A DNA stretch of 64,000 nucleotides. Origin: Podarcis cretensis (taxonomy: Eukaryota). The position numbers and the translations under genes were made by a program. The notes beneath the pieces are model-generated. The model was not told the origin of the DNA and did not search any database. It saw nothing but the letters and a program-made list of their open reading frames with translations. Below, one piece after another: positions 38,084 through 49,654 of this stretch (positions are counted from its first letter, which is position 1; each line of letters begins with the position of its first letter). The stretch covers positions 22,444,001-22,508,000 of the forward strand of contig OX638164.1 in assembly GCA_951804945.1 (NCBI GenBank). The letters run 5' to 3'.

Positions 38084-41000
38084 GGACTGAGAAAGACCCT
38101 CTGTATGAAACCCCAGAGAACCACTGCTGGTCATTCTTGACAATACTGTGCTATATAGACAAATAATCTGATGATATAAGGTCTTAGATTCAGCCAGCAG
38201 TGAAGTCTTACGTATGCTTACTAAGAAGTCCCATGGTGTTCAGTGGGGCTTACTCACCAGAAAGTGACCTTAGGCTTACAGCCTGAAAGGTTTTTGTTGG
38301 GTTGGAGAGTTCTACTGAAGAACCCCTCCATGTCAAAATGTGGGGAAGCAGGTTCTTCTCACCCACCCACCTTAAAAAATGAGTGACTGTCTTTTTTCAT
38401 TTTGAAGCCTGCTATGCTGACTCATAGCAAAGATAAAGAAAAAGCCCTCCAGCAGCCTGTTGGAAGTAGAAGAGAAATTTTAGGCAGGCAGACTGTAATT
38501 CTATTCAGCCAGGAAATCTGGCTTATGATAAACCTCAATTTGCATGGGGGAAGGAAAAATGGAGCATACTCTTTATAACCATTGTTGGTCCAGATTTTAC
38601 ACCTGCATGTGTGGTGCGCATGAACATACAAGCAGAGTGAAAAAAACACAGAGCCTGGGGAAATATACAGGGGGACCTGCATTTGTCAAAGTCAGTGCAT
38701 CACCTGCCAGACTTCAATAAGGATTTATAGCCGCAGAGCACCCAGAAGGTTTTTAACTGCATTTGAACTGATTTGCTTCCCAGAGACGTGGGCTGTTTTG
38801 CATTATCGATTCCTCTTGACTTATCCGCTCCAGTCGGTGCTGTTGACCCTGGGCGTGCTGTTGGAGCAGCCGGGTTCTCCCCCAATGTCCTTGTGTTCGG
38901 TCGATTCTCATTTGTTTCCCCCCTTCCTCCATAGACGCCTTTTGTTCTGCCTGGCAATTGCTCTTCCAGGGCCTGGGAGAATTGACCGGGTGTGTCCCAG
39001 TCTGGCTTGTCTTCCAGGGTCCTATGGTCTTCATTAAGGGCAGATGATTTCCTGCTCCCCACCCAAGCCTAAAACCAGACAGATGCAGACCTTTGCCCCC
39101 TCTTCCTCATTTTTTTTGACAACCCCCCCCCCCGCCCAGGGTTTGCCCTAAGTGTTTCTGTAACAGACATAGCACTGGTCAGAAACTGAAGCTGGAAAAT
39201 AGCAGGATTGTGTGTGGGGTGGGGTTCCCTTATGTGGAGTAGAAAGAGGCATTTTTCTAATGGTGCAAGAGATTGGGGGCTGTTTGGTAGACCCCAGTGC
39301 ACTACTGTAAATGGTTGTGGCTAAAATGGTCAGGTAGGCAGTAGTCAGTCTTTTGGGATTGTTTTTCCTTTGCAGAAAATATGGAAAATTGTGTGCCCTT
39401 CACATGGAGGTTTACAAGAAAAGCCCATTTGCCACCTAACTCTGAACAGGAAGATATGCCTCGTGGCTTGTGTAGCTTTGAATTTAGCACATAGGAGGTG
39501 TCCTGCTAGATGAGGGTGGTGGCTCATTCAGTCCAGCAGTCTGTCCTCACAGAGACCAACTTGATGCCTGTGAGGAGCCTGCAAGTAGCACCTGGGTGCA
39601 AGAGCACTGTGCCCACTTGCAATTCCCACTAACTGGTACTCTCAGGGAGTAGGACAGTTTCCCACTTTCTGCAGTTTTGGCAAGGGGAAAGGACACTTGT
39701 AAATGGTCCAAAGTGTGACAACAATCAACTTGCCATGCCCTGGGTGAAAACAGCTGAAAGTTCGCAGAACTCTTCTTTCTGAGTGAATCAAGCAATTGCA
39801 AGAACTGTGCAAGCGAGAGTTGGAAGGGAGCAGAGATGATGCTTCTCTAGCAGCCAGCCTGTTAGGGTTTCCAGGTCTCAGACTTTGTCCTTGAGAATCA
39901 GGTTTTCATTTCCCATTATTATTTTTCTTCCGGTGGCTCCCTGTGTCCACTTCCCTACAAGTATGCATGGGCGAATCCACCATCTATTTATTTTTGCATT
40001 AACAGTTTCTCATTTTTATAATTTAAGTTAAATTCTCCATATTTCCACATTAGTTTGCATTTTATCTTGTATTTTTTAAAAAGCCGTCATGGAAATTCAA
40101 CAGCATTTTAGTGATAATTTCTCCTAATGGACACATGTTTGTATGCAGTTGTGCATAGTTTTGCAGAGCAATTCCCCCAAATATAATGCATTTCTGTTTG
40201 TTAGTGTCATGCATGTGCACATTTTTATGCACACTTTAACCTTGTACGTGCTTTTTGGTGCGCATTATTCACCTAAAGTACTGCTTTGCAAAATTCAGAG
40301 AAGTGTGAATTTTGAGGGCTGGCCACTGCACTTCCACCACTTGAAATTTCCAGCAATGGCAAATGTCCCATTGATTTATTTTCTGCTATCCCCTATGGGT
40401 TAAAGACTTAATGATAATTTAAATGGATTAGGGTCCCAACCAAAGTTTATGGAGTTTTTGAAACTCATAGTCACAAGAATCCATGAAACCTACACTGGGG
40501 AAAATGCCTTTAACCCACCTTGAACTGTGCATTGCAAAATTCAGAGAAGCATGAATTTTGGAGGGTAGCTGTGTTCCAGGTCACATATTGGTTAAAAAGT
40601 TTGAATTAGTTTGATCCCCCTACTTGGAAATAAACCCTACTGAATTAAGTGGAACTTCCTTCTGGGAGTTGGGAGTGAAGGGGGAGTGGTGAGCTTGGCA
40701 CAGGCACAGCAATAGGACTGTTGAATTGGTTCTGCTGCTGAGGTTGCACCGCACTGGGCTTCTCCCTCTTCTTGGTAACTGGCAGTGATGTGCAGAATTG
40801 GGAGTCCATATCAGCACCGCAGCAGCGCACTGCCAACTGCTGCCGTTCATGTACCAAGAGTCAAGGTTCTTCTTCCGCTAAAGGAGTTGAGAAATCCAAA
40901 ATAAGAGATTGAAGCCCACCCAGGGCATGCTCCAGCAGCCTTGCTCCCCAATACACCTTGGGGAAGGGGGCAGTGTCTATCTGGCCAGAGGAGGTGGCAC

Positions 41001-41479
41001 TGATGTCCTCAGCCCCAACAGAAACAATGCTTATGCATACAGAACAAAGGAAATTGCCTGACCTTGATCTCCATCAGAAGTTACCAACAGGGAGCCCAAG
41101 GGCACACATAAATCCACAGGACTGTCCCTGTTCCCCCCTGAAATTTGGCTTGAAAGAAGCATTCTCTTGTAGCCAATAGGATAGATTATGGTGTGTTCTT
41201 GGCTGCCGGTGTGTGTGTGTTGATGGTGGTGATTTTCCTCAGTTTGCATTTTAACATGAAACCACCCATTTTGGTCCAACCCTGATCATAGCACAAAATC
41301 CTTCACTGCACCTATTGATGGCTAGCTTGCTTAACAGGTTCAGCACAGGCCCTATGATTTGTACACGCATCCAGCTCCATCCTCTGATGACTCACCATCA
41401 CTCCTGCCCTACCGCATCTGCTGCCTGAGGCATCCATCTCATTTTCCCTAACGGTAGGGCCGGCTCCGATTAATTGTGT

Positions 41480-41770
41480 GTGTGTGTATGCCGCTTAATT
41501 GTAATAAAACTACAAAGCGGTTTGTAGAAAGAAGAAAATAATAACATTACCAAGTATTTAATAAAGTCACAAATAATTCAATCCAACCACAAGCTAAAAC
41601 CATATCAATGCACATGTCAACATTCTACATACCAGGATAGGCTTGCCTCAGCCAAAAATGTTTTAAGCAGGTGCCAACAAGAGTATAGCAAAGGCACCTG
41701 CACAATGTCAATAGGCAGGGAGTTCCAAAGTGCAGGTGCTTCTGCATGAATAGATTGATTTCTTGGAAAT
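41480..41770 (-). mobile_element. L2-type 3' fragment
   Basis: Reverse homology to 9700-9840 (gtcaataggcagggagttccaaagtgcaggtgct). Confidence 0.65.
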
Positions 41771-42141
41771 GCATAACATGCATTAAAAGCTCAAGAGGCC
41801 CTCTATTCCTGTTCCATTGCTTTTAATCTCTCATTTCACATTGTCTGCATTTTTAAATAATTAGGAGGGAAAGCAGGGAGTAGGAGGCAATAGTCTAGCA
41901 CCAAAAACACCAGGGTCATTTTCAGCTTCCCTCTTTTTCCTGCCCTGTCATTGCTTTTATCCAGTAACATAGTTTCCTTTAATCTCATTTAAGCCAATAA
42001 TGATGAATCTATCCTATGAAATGGGAAATGCTGGCAAGAGTTTGTTATTTCAAGTGGGGGGTTAGCGGGAGATAAAATTTATGGGAGAGAGAGAGAGAGA
42101 GAGATATGTTTAGAGGGGACATACTTGTCACAAATATATGC

Positions 42142-42160
42142 CTGCTCCCCCTGCTGGTGT
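42142..42160 (-). promoter_or_regulatory. CTCF motif
   Basis: Reverse complement caccagcagggggagcag fits the CTCF core CCASYAGRKGGCR with one mismatch; lies in non-repetitive sequence. Confidence 0.55.
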
Positions 42161-42413
42161 CATATGGAAACAATTGCAATTATAAATCTTTTATTTTGGT
42201 GCTGCTATGAGCTGAGCGATGCAGCCGGAACACCTGCCCCGTTTGTAAGTATACTGCAATGATTACAATTGGAATATCTTCATTGGTACTCCTATGAGAC
42301 AACAATGGCTTGTCAGGTGCAGCATTAGGTGAACTCTGCCTCTCTGGACTGTAGGGTGGTAACAGCAAGTGATGAAAGGCACACCACCCCATAAGGAAAA
42401 AAGCTAATGAAAT

Positions 42414-42555
42414 CAGGAATGGGGAGCCTGTGCACACCCAGATGTTGCTGAACTACAACTCCCAGCATCCCCAGCTATCCGTCATGCTGGCTGACTGGGG
42501 CTGATGGGAGTTGGAGTCCTGCAACATCTGGAGGGCCAGAGGTTACACATTCCTA
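42414..42555. mobile_element. hAT MITE, diverged
   Basis: Palindromic core cagatgttgctgaactacaactccc / gggagttggagtcctgcaacatctg; relatives near 35300-35435, 48530-48645 and 53000-53225. Confidence 0.75.
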
Positions 42556-43916
42556 CCTTCGATGAAAAGAGGAGGGGAGGGGACTCAAAAGTGACATGAG
42601 AAGGGTTTACAGAATTATTCATGGTCTACAAAAAAGTGGATAAAGAGAGCTTCTCTCTTCTTCTCTCTCCCTCTTCATCGTTCATAACCCAAGAACTTGG
42701 AGTCATTCAAGTTTCCTTCACTTGAGGAAAGTGGAGAGGGAATACCTCCGCACAAGCTTTGCAACGGATCTGTGGAACTCAGGGCCACAAGATGCGAGCT
42801 CAAGTGGCCTTGAAAGGGGATTAAGCAAATGAACGGAGGGTCCATTTGTACATTCTGACTTCTCTCAAGCACCTACTCCTGGCTTTTCTTTTAATAAGAA
42901 AGAAATGCAAAAGGTAGGTCGCTCAGACTGCTTCCTAAATTTGTAAATTGTGCGGGGGTGGGGTGGTGGAATTGGGAGGTATTCACTGGATTTTTAAAAA
43001 TCCTGACAGCTGAGAAGCTGCTGCTTGCTGAGAGGAGGAGGAGGAGAAGCAAGGGGGCAGGGCAGTCGGTGTGGTTCAAATGCCCTGGTTGAGCCAATGT
43101 GGTACTGCAGTGAGTGTGTTCACACTGTGCAGGCCTCTTTGCCACCTCCCCTTCCTGGAAGGGAGCAGTGAGTCAACTGTCTGGAGGTCAGGTGAGCCCC
43201 AGCCTGCTGTGTGCAACTCATAATAATATTATTGTTGTTGTTTTGCTGTTGTTGTTTTAAAAAAACTCCACCAAACATCTAATTCATTGCATTCCCTCTC
43301 CCCTCATGGCTATGAGTGCCAAGCATCAGTATGCAGAAGTTTTGTTTTCTGTAAAAAACAGGGTGCTTTTCCACTGCATTTAGTGACTGTTTTATCTAAG
43401 GTGAGGATCAGAAAAGCTGCAGGGTTCTTGGGTGGGCAGGATTCCTTGAAAGGCAGAGGAGTGGCGGAGCAGCATCTCTCCCTATTGTTATGTCCCATCG
43501 AAAGGATTCTGTCTGAGCTCCTAGTCAAGGATTTCAAAGGCCTGGAACCGGCTCGGGTCCCTGAAGGATCAATCGACCTAAACACATCCTTTTTAATGCC
43601 CGCCTCTCCTCCCAAGGAGAGACAATCCTGGCCTCTTGCGTAATGCAAGGGAGAATAAAGCCTTCCGTCAGGAGAAATCGAGGAGGACCATGCCTGGTCA
43701 CTGAAAGGAAAAGACCACCGTCTGGTACCATGGCAATGGAGCAGGGATTACATTGCGGCAGAAAATAGGTTCCTTTTGATTATTATTCCAGTGCGTCCTT
43801 CTCAAGCAGCAGCTAAGCGATGTTGTCACTGAGCCTGATGAGAGGCCCGTTGTAAGGGGGGAAAGGAGGCTCTGAGAGGAGCAGACTGTGTTGCGGTGGA
43901 AAAAGAAAATGTTTGG

Positions 43917-43950
43917 GAGGAGGAGGAGGAGGAGGAGGAGGAGGAGGAGG
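43917..43950. repeat. (GGA)n microsatellite
   Basis: Seen directly. Confidence 0.97.
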
Positions 43951-44369
43951 CTGTTCTGTTTCTAATAGATACTGATGTGCTAGGGTAGCAGCAGATGACT
44001 TTGGGGAAATTGGGAGCAGGGGTTTATCCTGTAGGGAGCTCAGATTCCACAATGAAAGGCGCAAATGAGTTTGTCTGCAGGAGAAAGCCTTGCAGTTGCT
44101 GGGTGGTGTTGGAAAGGTTCTCTGTGCATGCTCGGATGAACTCTTTATTTTAACAGTGCAATAGTAAGTCACTTTTGATGGGCTGCGTAGATTTAACTGT
44201 CGAAGGTAGGCACTCTTCCATCCTGCCCTTGTCCGCTTCCAGCCCTTTCCTTCTGCCTCGCTCATCTTCACACTGATGCCCCTCATCCTACCCCATTTTC
44301 AACCCCGATCAGAAGCCCTTAGGGTGCCTGAGGAATCATCCGTTGTCTTACAAATGGGCAGGATTGAAT

Positions 44370-44850
44370 GGACGTTAAGGAGAAAGACTGCAGTGTTTGG
44401 AACATTTTTGTTCAGTGAAAAGACGACTCAGAGGTGGCACGATGGAGGCTTATAAAAATTATGCATGGCATGGAGAAAGTGGATGGAGGAAAGTTTCTCT
44501 CCCACTCTCGTGACACAAGAACTCTCGTGGACATCCAATTAAGATGAATGTTGGAACACATTCAGGGCAGATAAAAGGAACTATTTCTTCACACAATGCA
44601 TAGTTAAACTGTGAAGCTCACTCCCACAGGAGGCAGCGATGGCCAATGACATGGGTGGCTTTAACAGAGGATTGGACAAATTCATGAAAGGGAGGGCAAT
44701 TAATGGCTACAAGGCATTGTGGCTTCTGAAGACCAGTTGTTGGAAACCACAGAAGGGGGAAGTGCTCCCGTGCTCATGTCCTGCTTACTGGTTTCCCACA
44801 AGGCATCTGGTTGGTGATTGTGTGGGCAGGATGCTATCCTCATGCATGCC
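44370..44850 (+). mobile_element. CR1-type LINE 3' fragment
   Basis: aaaattatgcatggcatggagaaagtgga..gcatagttaaactgtg; homologous to 33790-34700. Confidence 0.85.
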
Positions 44851-45771
44851 CCATAGATTCAGACAAAGCTCATTTTAGACTCTTGGAACAGCCCAAATTT
44901 CCCTTTGTTGACCCACTGTTGAACCAGCGGGCCACAGCAACAGCTATGAGGATTTAAACTTTGCACAGCATTCCTGCATACCTCGAGACAAATTCTGTAT
45001 GCATGCAAAACTATCAACATTTTCAATGAAGTTATTGAGAACTAGGCCAGGCAGGCAATTGATCTTGTCACTGAAGAATTCTTCCTGTTTTCATAGGAAT
45101 GGTGACAGCATTGTTTCAGGTCAAGGACGCACAACTTTGTGTTAGCAAGCAGTCTAGATTCTTGAATTTTGACTGCTCTGTCAGCTTCTGATGAGTGATG
45201 TCGGTGAACTGGTTTAATCTTCTTAACCCCTGTCTTTGAGGCAGGGGAAACTGTTCCGCATAATCTGTCATACTTTTGGAGTGCTGTTGGCTGATCCTGG
45301 CAAGATCTAAGTAACCCTATGATGGGTCACAAAGCAATGAAGACAACCAGGGTTTTAGAGGATGAAGCAGCTGCACAGGCTACTGGTGTCCCATCCCCAT
45401 CCCCCATCCCCCATCCCCCAATTTTTGGGATATGACATGGGTTCCAGCAATTTGGAATTAGAATGCTGGATTAAATGGCGGGTCTGGATTAATGATGCAG
45501 TTCTCCAGAGGACTCCCATCCTCCCTGACCATTCAAAGTTGAAGTCCAACTCTGAGGGGTCACAACTTGCTAGATGGGCCTTTTGCTCTGCTCTAGTAAG
45601 ACAATCCATACATTCTCATGGGTTGTGCCTTTGCCTTTCTCTATAGCAGGGGTGCAGAAACTCAGACTCAACCCACACCCCTCAATGGGTTGTGTTTCAC
45701 ACCCAAGTGTTTTTGCCTGACTGAAATGCATCCTTCAGCTTTGATCATGCCTCTTCCTTGTCTGGCTAGAG

Positions 45772-45907
45772 CAGGGCTTTCTAAATTTGGGTCTCCAGCT
45801 GTTTTGGGACTACAACTCCCATCATCCCTAGCTAGGAGGACCAGTGGTCAGGGATGGTGGGAACTGTAGTCTGAGAACAGCTGGAGGCCCAAGTTTAGGA
45901 AACACTG
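45772..45907. mobile_element. hAT MITE
   Basis: Palindromic; exact 8-bp TSD ggctagag at 45764-45771 and 45908-45915. Confidence 0.9.
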
Positions 45908-46683
45908 GGCTAGAGGATAGAGAGGGATGAGTGAGTGTGTACAGAAACTAGCCTCTGGTACCAAGGTCAAATATAATGGGCTTTTGTTTGTTGTTTTGAC
46001 CAATATATACATTTTATGTACACTTTTTCTTAGTAAACACTGCATTTCATTAGAAAAGTGCATAGAAAAAAGTTCAGAGAAGTGTGAAGTTTGAAGAATG
46101 GGTTTTCTTTGTGGGTTTCCCACAGGCATCTGGATGCTGTCATTGGTCTGATCCAGCAAGCTCTTCTTAAGTTATTATGTTCATTTGGGCTTATGTCTTG
46201 TTTCCGGAAGTGCAGATGTTGTTTGTTTGTGCTGAAGTGTGAACTGTGTCAAATTTCTCCTTCATCCCTACCTGCTAATGGGCTTCTCACAGGTATTCAT
46301 TTGGCCACAACAGGACACAGATGCTGCCATAGATAGCTTGTCTAATCCAACAGAGTTCCTCTTATGTTCTTAACAAATCCATCCCTAAAAGAGAGGGACT
46401 AGATTTTCAGGGGATTTGTGTTGCTTGTTTTATAACCCAAAAGGTGCTGCTACAGGAGTGGTGATGGTTGAAAGTTCCACCCCCCTTCTCCAGAAGCCAC
46501 ACCCTTTTAAGGGATAGGATATATTTCACTTCCTATTCACAATCCAACCCTCCCCATGGCAGAACATGTGCCGGGGGGGGGATGGTGCATGCTGGACATT
46601 GCCTTATGGATGGCCTGCTTAAAAGTTGACACATTGCAGCTGTGAGTTCCATAGATTAATTGCACAATGCGCAAAGAAGTATT

Positions 46684-46975
46684 CCAGTGTGGTGTAGTGG
46701 TTAAGAGCGGTGGACTCGTAATCTAGGGAACTGGGTTCGCTTCTCCGCTCCTCCACATGCAGCTGCTGGGTGACCTTGGGCTAGTCACACTTCTCTGAAG
46801 TCTCTCAGCCCCACTCACCTCACAGAGTGTTTGTTGTGGGAGAGGAAGGGAAAGGAGATTGTTAGCCACTTTGAGACCCCTTCAGGTAGTGATAAAGTGG
46901 GATATCAAATTGAAACTCCTCCTCCTCCTCCTCCTCCTCCTCCTCCTCCTCTCCTTCTTCTACTACTACTTCTTC
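46684..46975 (+). mobile_element. Squam3-type SINE with (CCT)n/(CTA)n tail
   Basis: Matches the other Squam3 copies. Confidence 0.9.
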
Positions 46976-47819
46976 CGTTTTGCACTCCGCAAAATCTGTA
47001 GGCATGTCAGAGAATTCCAACAGAAATGGGAACAGGAGCAGAAATCACCAGTCTTCGTTCAAATGAATCCTAGCAAAATAATATGTAATTGACTACATTC
47101 CCCACCCGCATTCGCACAGTGTTTCCTTTGCATTGAAATCAATGGGGTGGGATGATGTAACGACAATTTATGTAATTTACTTAATTAATTACGTACGTTC
47201 TGTATGGTATGTAGTTTTGCCAGAGCAGGTGGTGAGATGAGCAACATAGTTTTGGGTGCAAGATGAGGTGCAGTGGAACGGAAGCGGTGCTGCTTGTGAT
47301 GAATACGGGGCTGAATGGAACAAAGATCCCAACAAATTGTGACTGGCCTTTCCATTAGGCCAAATGTGGCAGTCGCCCAAGATGGCAGATGCTGAGGGGC
47401 AGGGAATGGTGGTGAGATGTTGGGAGGGCAGAGCTGTGTGGTGGAGAGTTCTGAAACATTGAAGATCTTCAAGTAACCTTTGGCTGCCATTTCAGTATGC
47501 TTCTGTGTGGGGTATTAAGGAAGGCAGGAGCTTGTTCTTCACCTCCGGCAGCAACATGCCTTAGGTTTGACCTGCCGTGATCTATCGCCATGGGAGGTAT
47601 GGGCATCCCCAGCAATTTGTACGTTTGATGCAAATGCCCCAAATAAATAAATACAGGCTTTTTTGTTTTTTGTTTTTTTTAAAGGAAATGAGAATTGTGG
47701 TTGCGCATATTGTCTCATATTTCATGTTCTCCAAATGGTACAAACACACTCCTTTTTTTTAAAAAAAAAAATGAAAGCTGAGAATCAGGCTATCTTGGCT
47801 TATCTGGGGAAGGGACCCC

Positions 47820-47861
<42 letters not shown>

Positions 47862-47880
47862 ATCTAGAGGAACATCCTTT

Positions 47881-47894
47881 GTTGCCATAGCAAC
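47881..47894. promoter_or_regulatory. RFX X-box motif
   Basis: GTTGCCATAGCAAC, one base from the palindromic X-box GTTGCCATGGCAAC. Confidence 0.55.
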
Positions 47895-48803
47895 CGTAAG
47901 GAGGCCACGTAATTTTGGATTTCCATTTTGACTGACTTTTAACACGTTTTTATGATCAATTTGCAAAAGGCAGGAAGTCAATGAATTCCGATTAGGGCAA
48001 CAAATCAGTGCTGAATTCATTTGAAGTCACAGGCGAAAAAGAAGAGCAGTATGGCAGCTTTGCCACCCAACACCGTCCTGCAAATACAGAACTTGACAGG
48101 AAAGGAGCTGGGTTTAAGCCCAGGGCATAGAACCCATCTTCCAGCACAGAGGTGAAGATTAACTGGCAGAGGTTTTGATGAGGAGAAGCTTGGAGGAGTT
48201 TTTTGGGGGGAGGCATGTGTTCTGTTGTTGGATCCCCCCCATTGTGATTGACTCAATAGACTTTTTTTTTTAAGCTGCACAATATTATTATTTTTAAAAA
48301 AGAAACTCACAGTGAAGCATGTTCCACAATGACATCCATAAATGAGATAATGTGTTGCACACATACCTTATGCGTGGCATATGATGGGGGTTGTATGTGG
48401 AATTGCTCTGTGCATCTCTGTGCTTGAGATTTAATACCTGCATATTTCGATTTACTGATAAATAGTTTGCATTTTTAAAAATCCTGCTGTTCCTTCAAGG
48501 AGCTCAGGATGGTGTACTGTACACCAAGGATAGCCAGCATGGTCCACTCCAGATATTGTCAGACAACAGCTCCCATAGGACCCAGAATGGTTGGGGTGGT
48601 GATGGGAGTGGTGGCCCAGAAAATCTGGCCGTCTCCCCACCTGCTGCAGTAAAATAGCTTTCAGGCAAGTGCTATTGGAACTGCTGCCTCTCAGCCTAAC
48701 CTGCCTCACAGGATTGTGGTGGTGTTGGGGAAAATACCTGATGGTTCTTGAAGAAAAAGGTGTGCTACAAATGCATCCAACCAACCAACCAACCAACCCT
48801 TCA

Positions 48804-48943
48804 GTCATAGAATCAGAGTTGGAAAGGAACACAAGGATCATCTAGTCCCAACCCCTTGCAATGCAGGAACTTTTAGCCCGACGTGAGGCTCAAACCCACA
48901 ACCCTGAGATTAAGAGTCTCATGCTCTACCAACTGTGCTATCC
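48804..48943 (-). mobile_element. tRNA-Lys(CTT)-derived SINE with CR1 tail
   Basis: Reverse complement reads tagcacagttggtagagcatgagactcttaatctcagggttgtgggtttgag, then CR1 end ..actagatgatcc..ttccaactctgattctatga. Confidence 0.85.
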
Positions 48944-49262
48944 CTCAGGGCAAGAAAACTATATAGCTTCAGCATGCTTCAGAGGCCATCTCAAGGCCAA
49001 CCAGGCCAGTCTTGCTTTTGGAGGAGCTGCTCTGTGCCCTTGAAGGGCTGCTGCCTTGTTCTGCAGTCATTGGCTCCTAGCATGGTGGCAATTGGGTCTT
49101 CTGAATCCAGATAGTCTTCTGAGATAGTAAGGGGGAAATGGAGATTCCTCGTCGAGTTCATCACCTGAGCTTGAGGGAAGGCCAGACATATAACAGGGTG
49201 TCCCAAAGCTGTCTTGGTTTGTGCTTGTTTATTTGTTGTTAAGCCACACACTTTTCTGTCAC

Positions 49263-49654
49263 ATGCAACGCGGTGGCGCTGTGGTCTAAACCACTGAGCC
49301 TCTTGGGCTTGCCAGTCAGAAGGTCGGCGGTTTGAATCCCCGCGACGGGGTGAGCTCCCGTTGCTCGGTCCCAGCTCCTGCCAACCTAACAGTTTGAAAG
49401 CACGTCAAAAGTGCAAGTAGATAAATAGGTACCACTCCGGCGGGATGGTAAACGGCGTTTCCATGCGCTGCTCTGGTTTCAGTGTTCCGTTGCACCAGAA
49501 GTGGCTTAGTCATGCTGGCCACATGACCCAGAAAAACTCTGCGGACAAACGCCGGTTTCCTCGGCCTGTAAAGCGAGATGAGCTCCGCCACCCCAGAGTC
49601 GCCTGCGACTGGACTTAACTGTCAGGGGTCCTTTACCTTTTTTTTTTTTTTTTT
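49263..49654 (+). mobile_element. Sauria SINE, variant subfamily with T-rich tail
   Basis: Sauria body with a distinct head (gtggtctaaaccactgagcctcttgg) and an extra internal segment; degenerate TSD of about 21 bp. Confidence 0.88.

Noticed and set aside
40810-40830. REST/RE1 site tcagcaccgcagcagcgc
   Set aside because: The left half is perfect but the right half lacks the GGAC core; at best a weak half-site.
43830-43872. Hammerhead ribozyme (CTGATGA...GAAA)
   Set aside because: No C precedes GAAA to close stem II, and I found no stem III or cleavage triplet.
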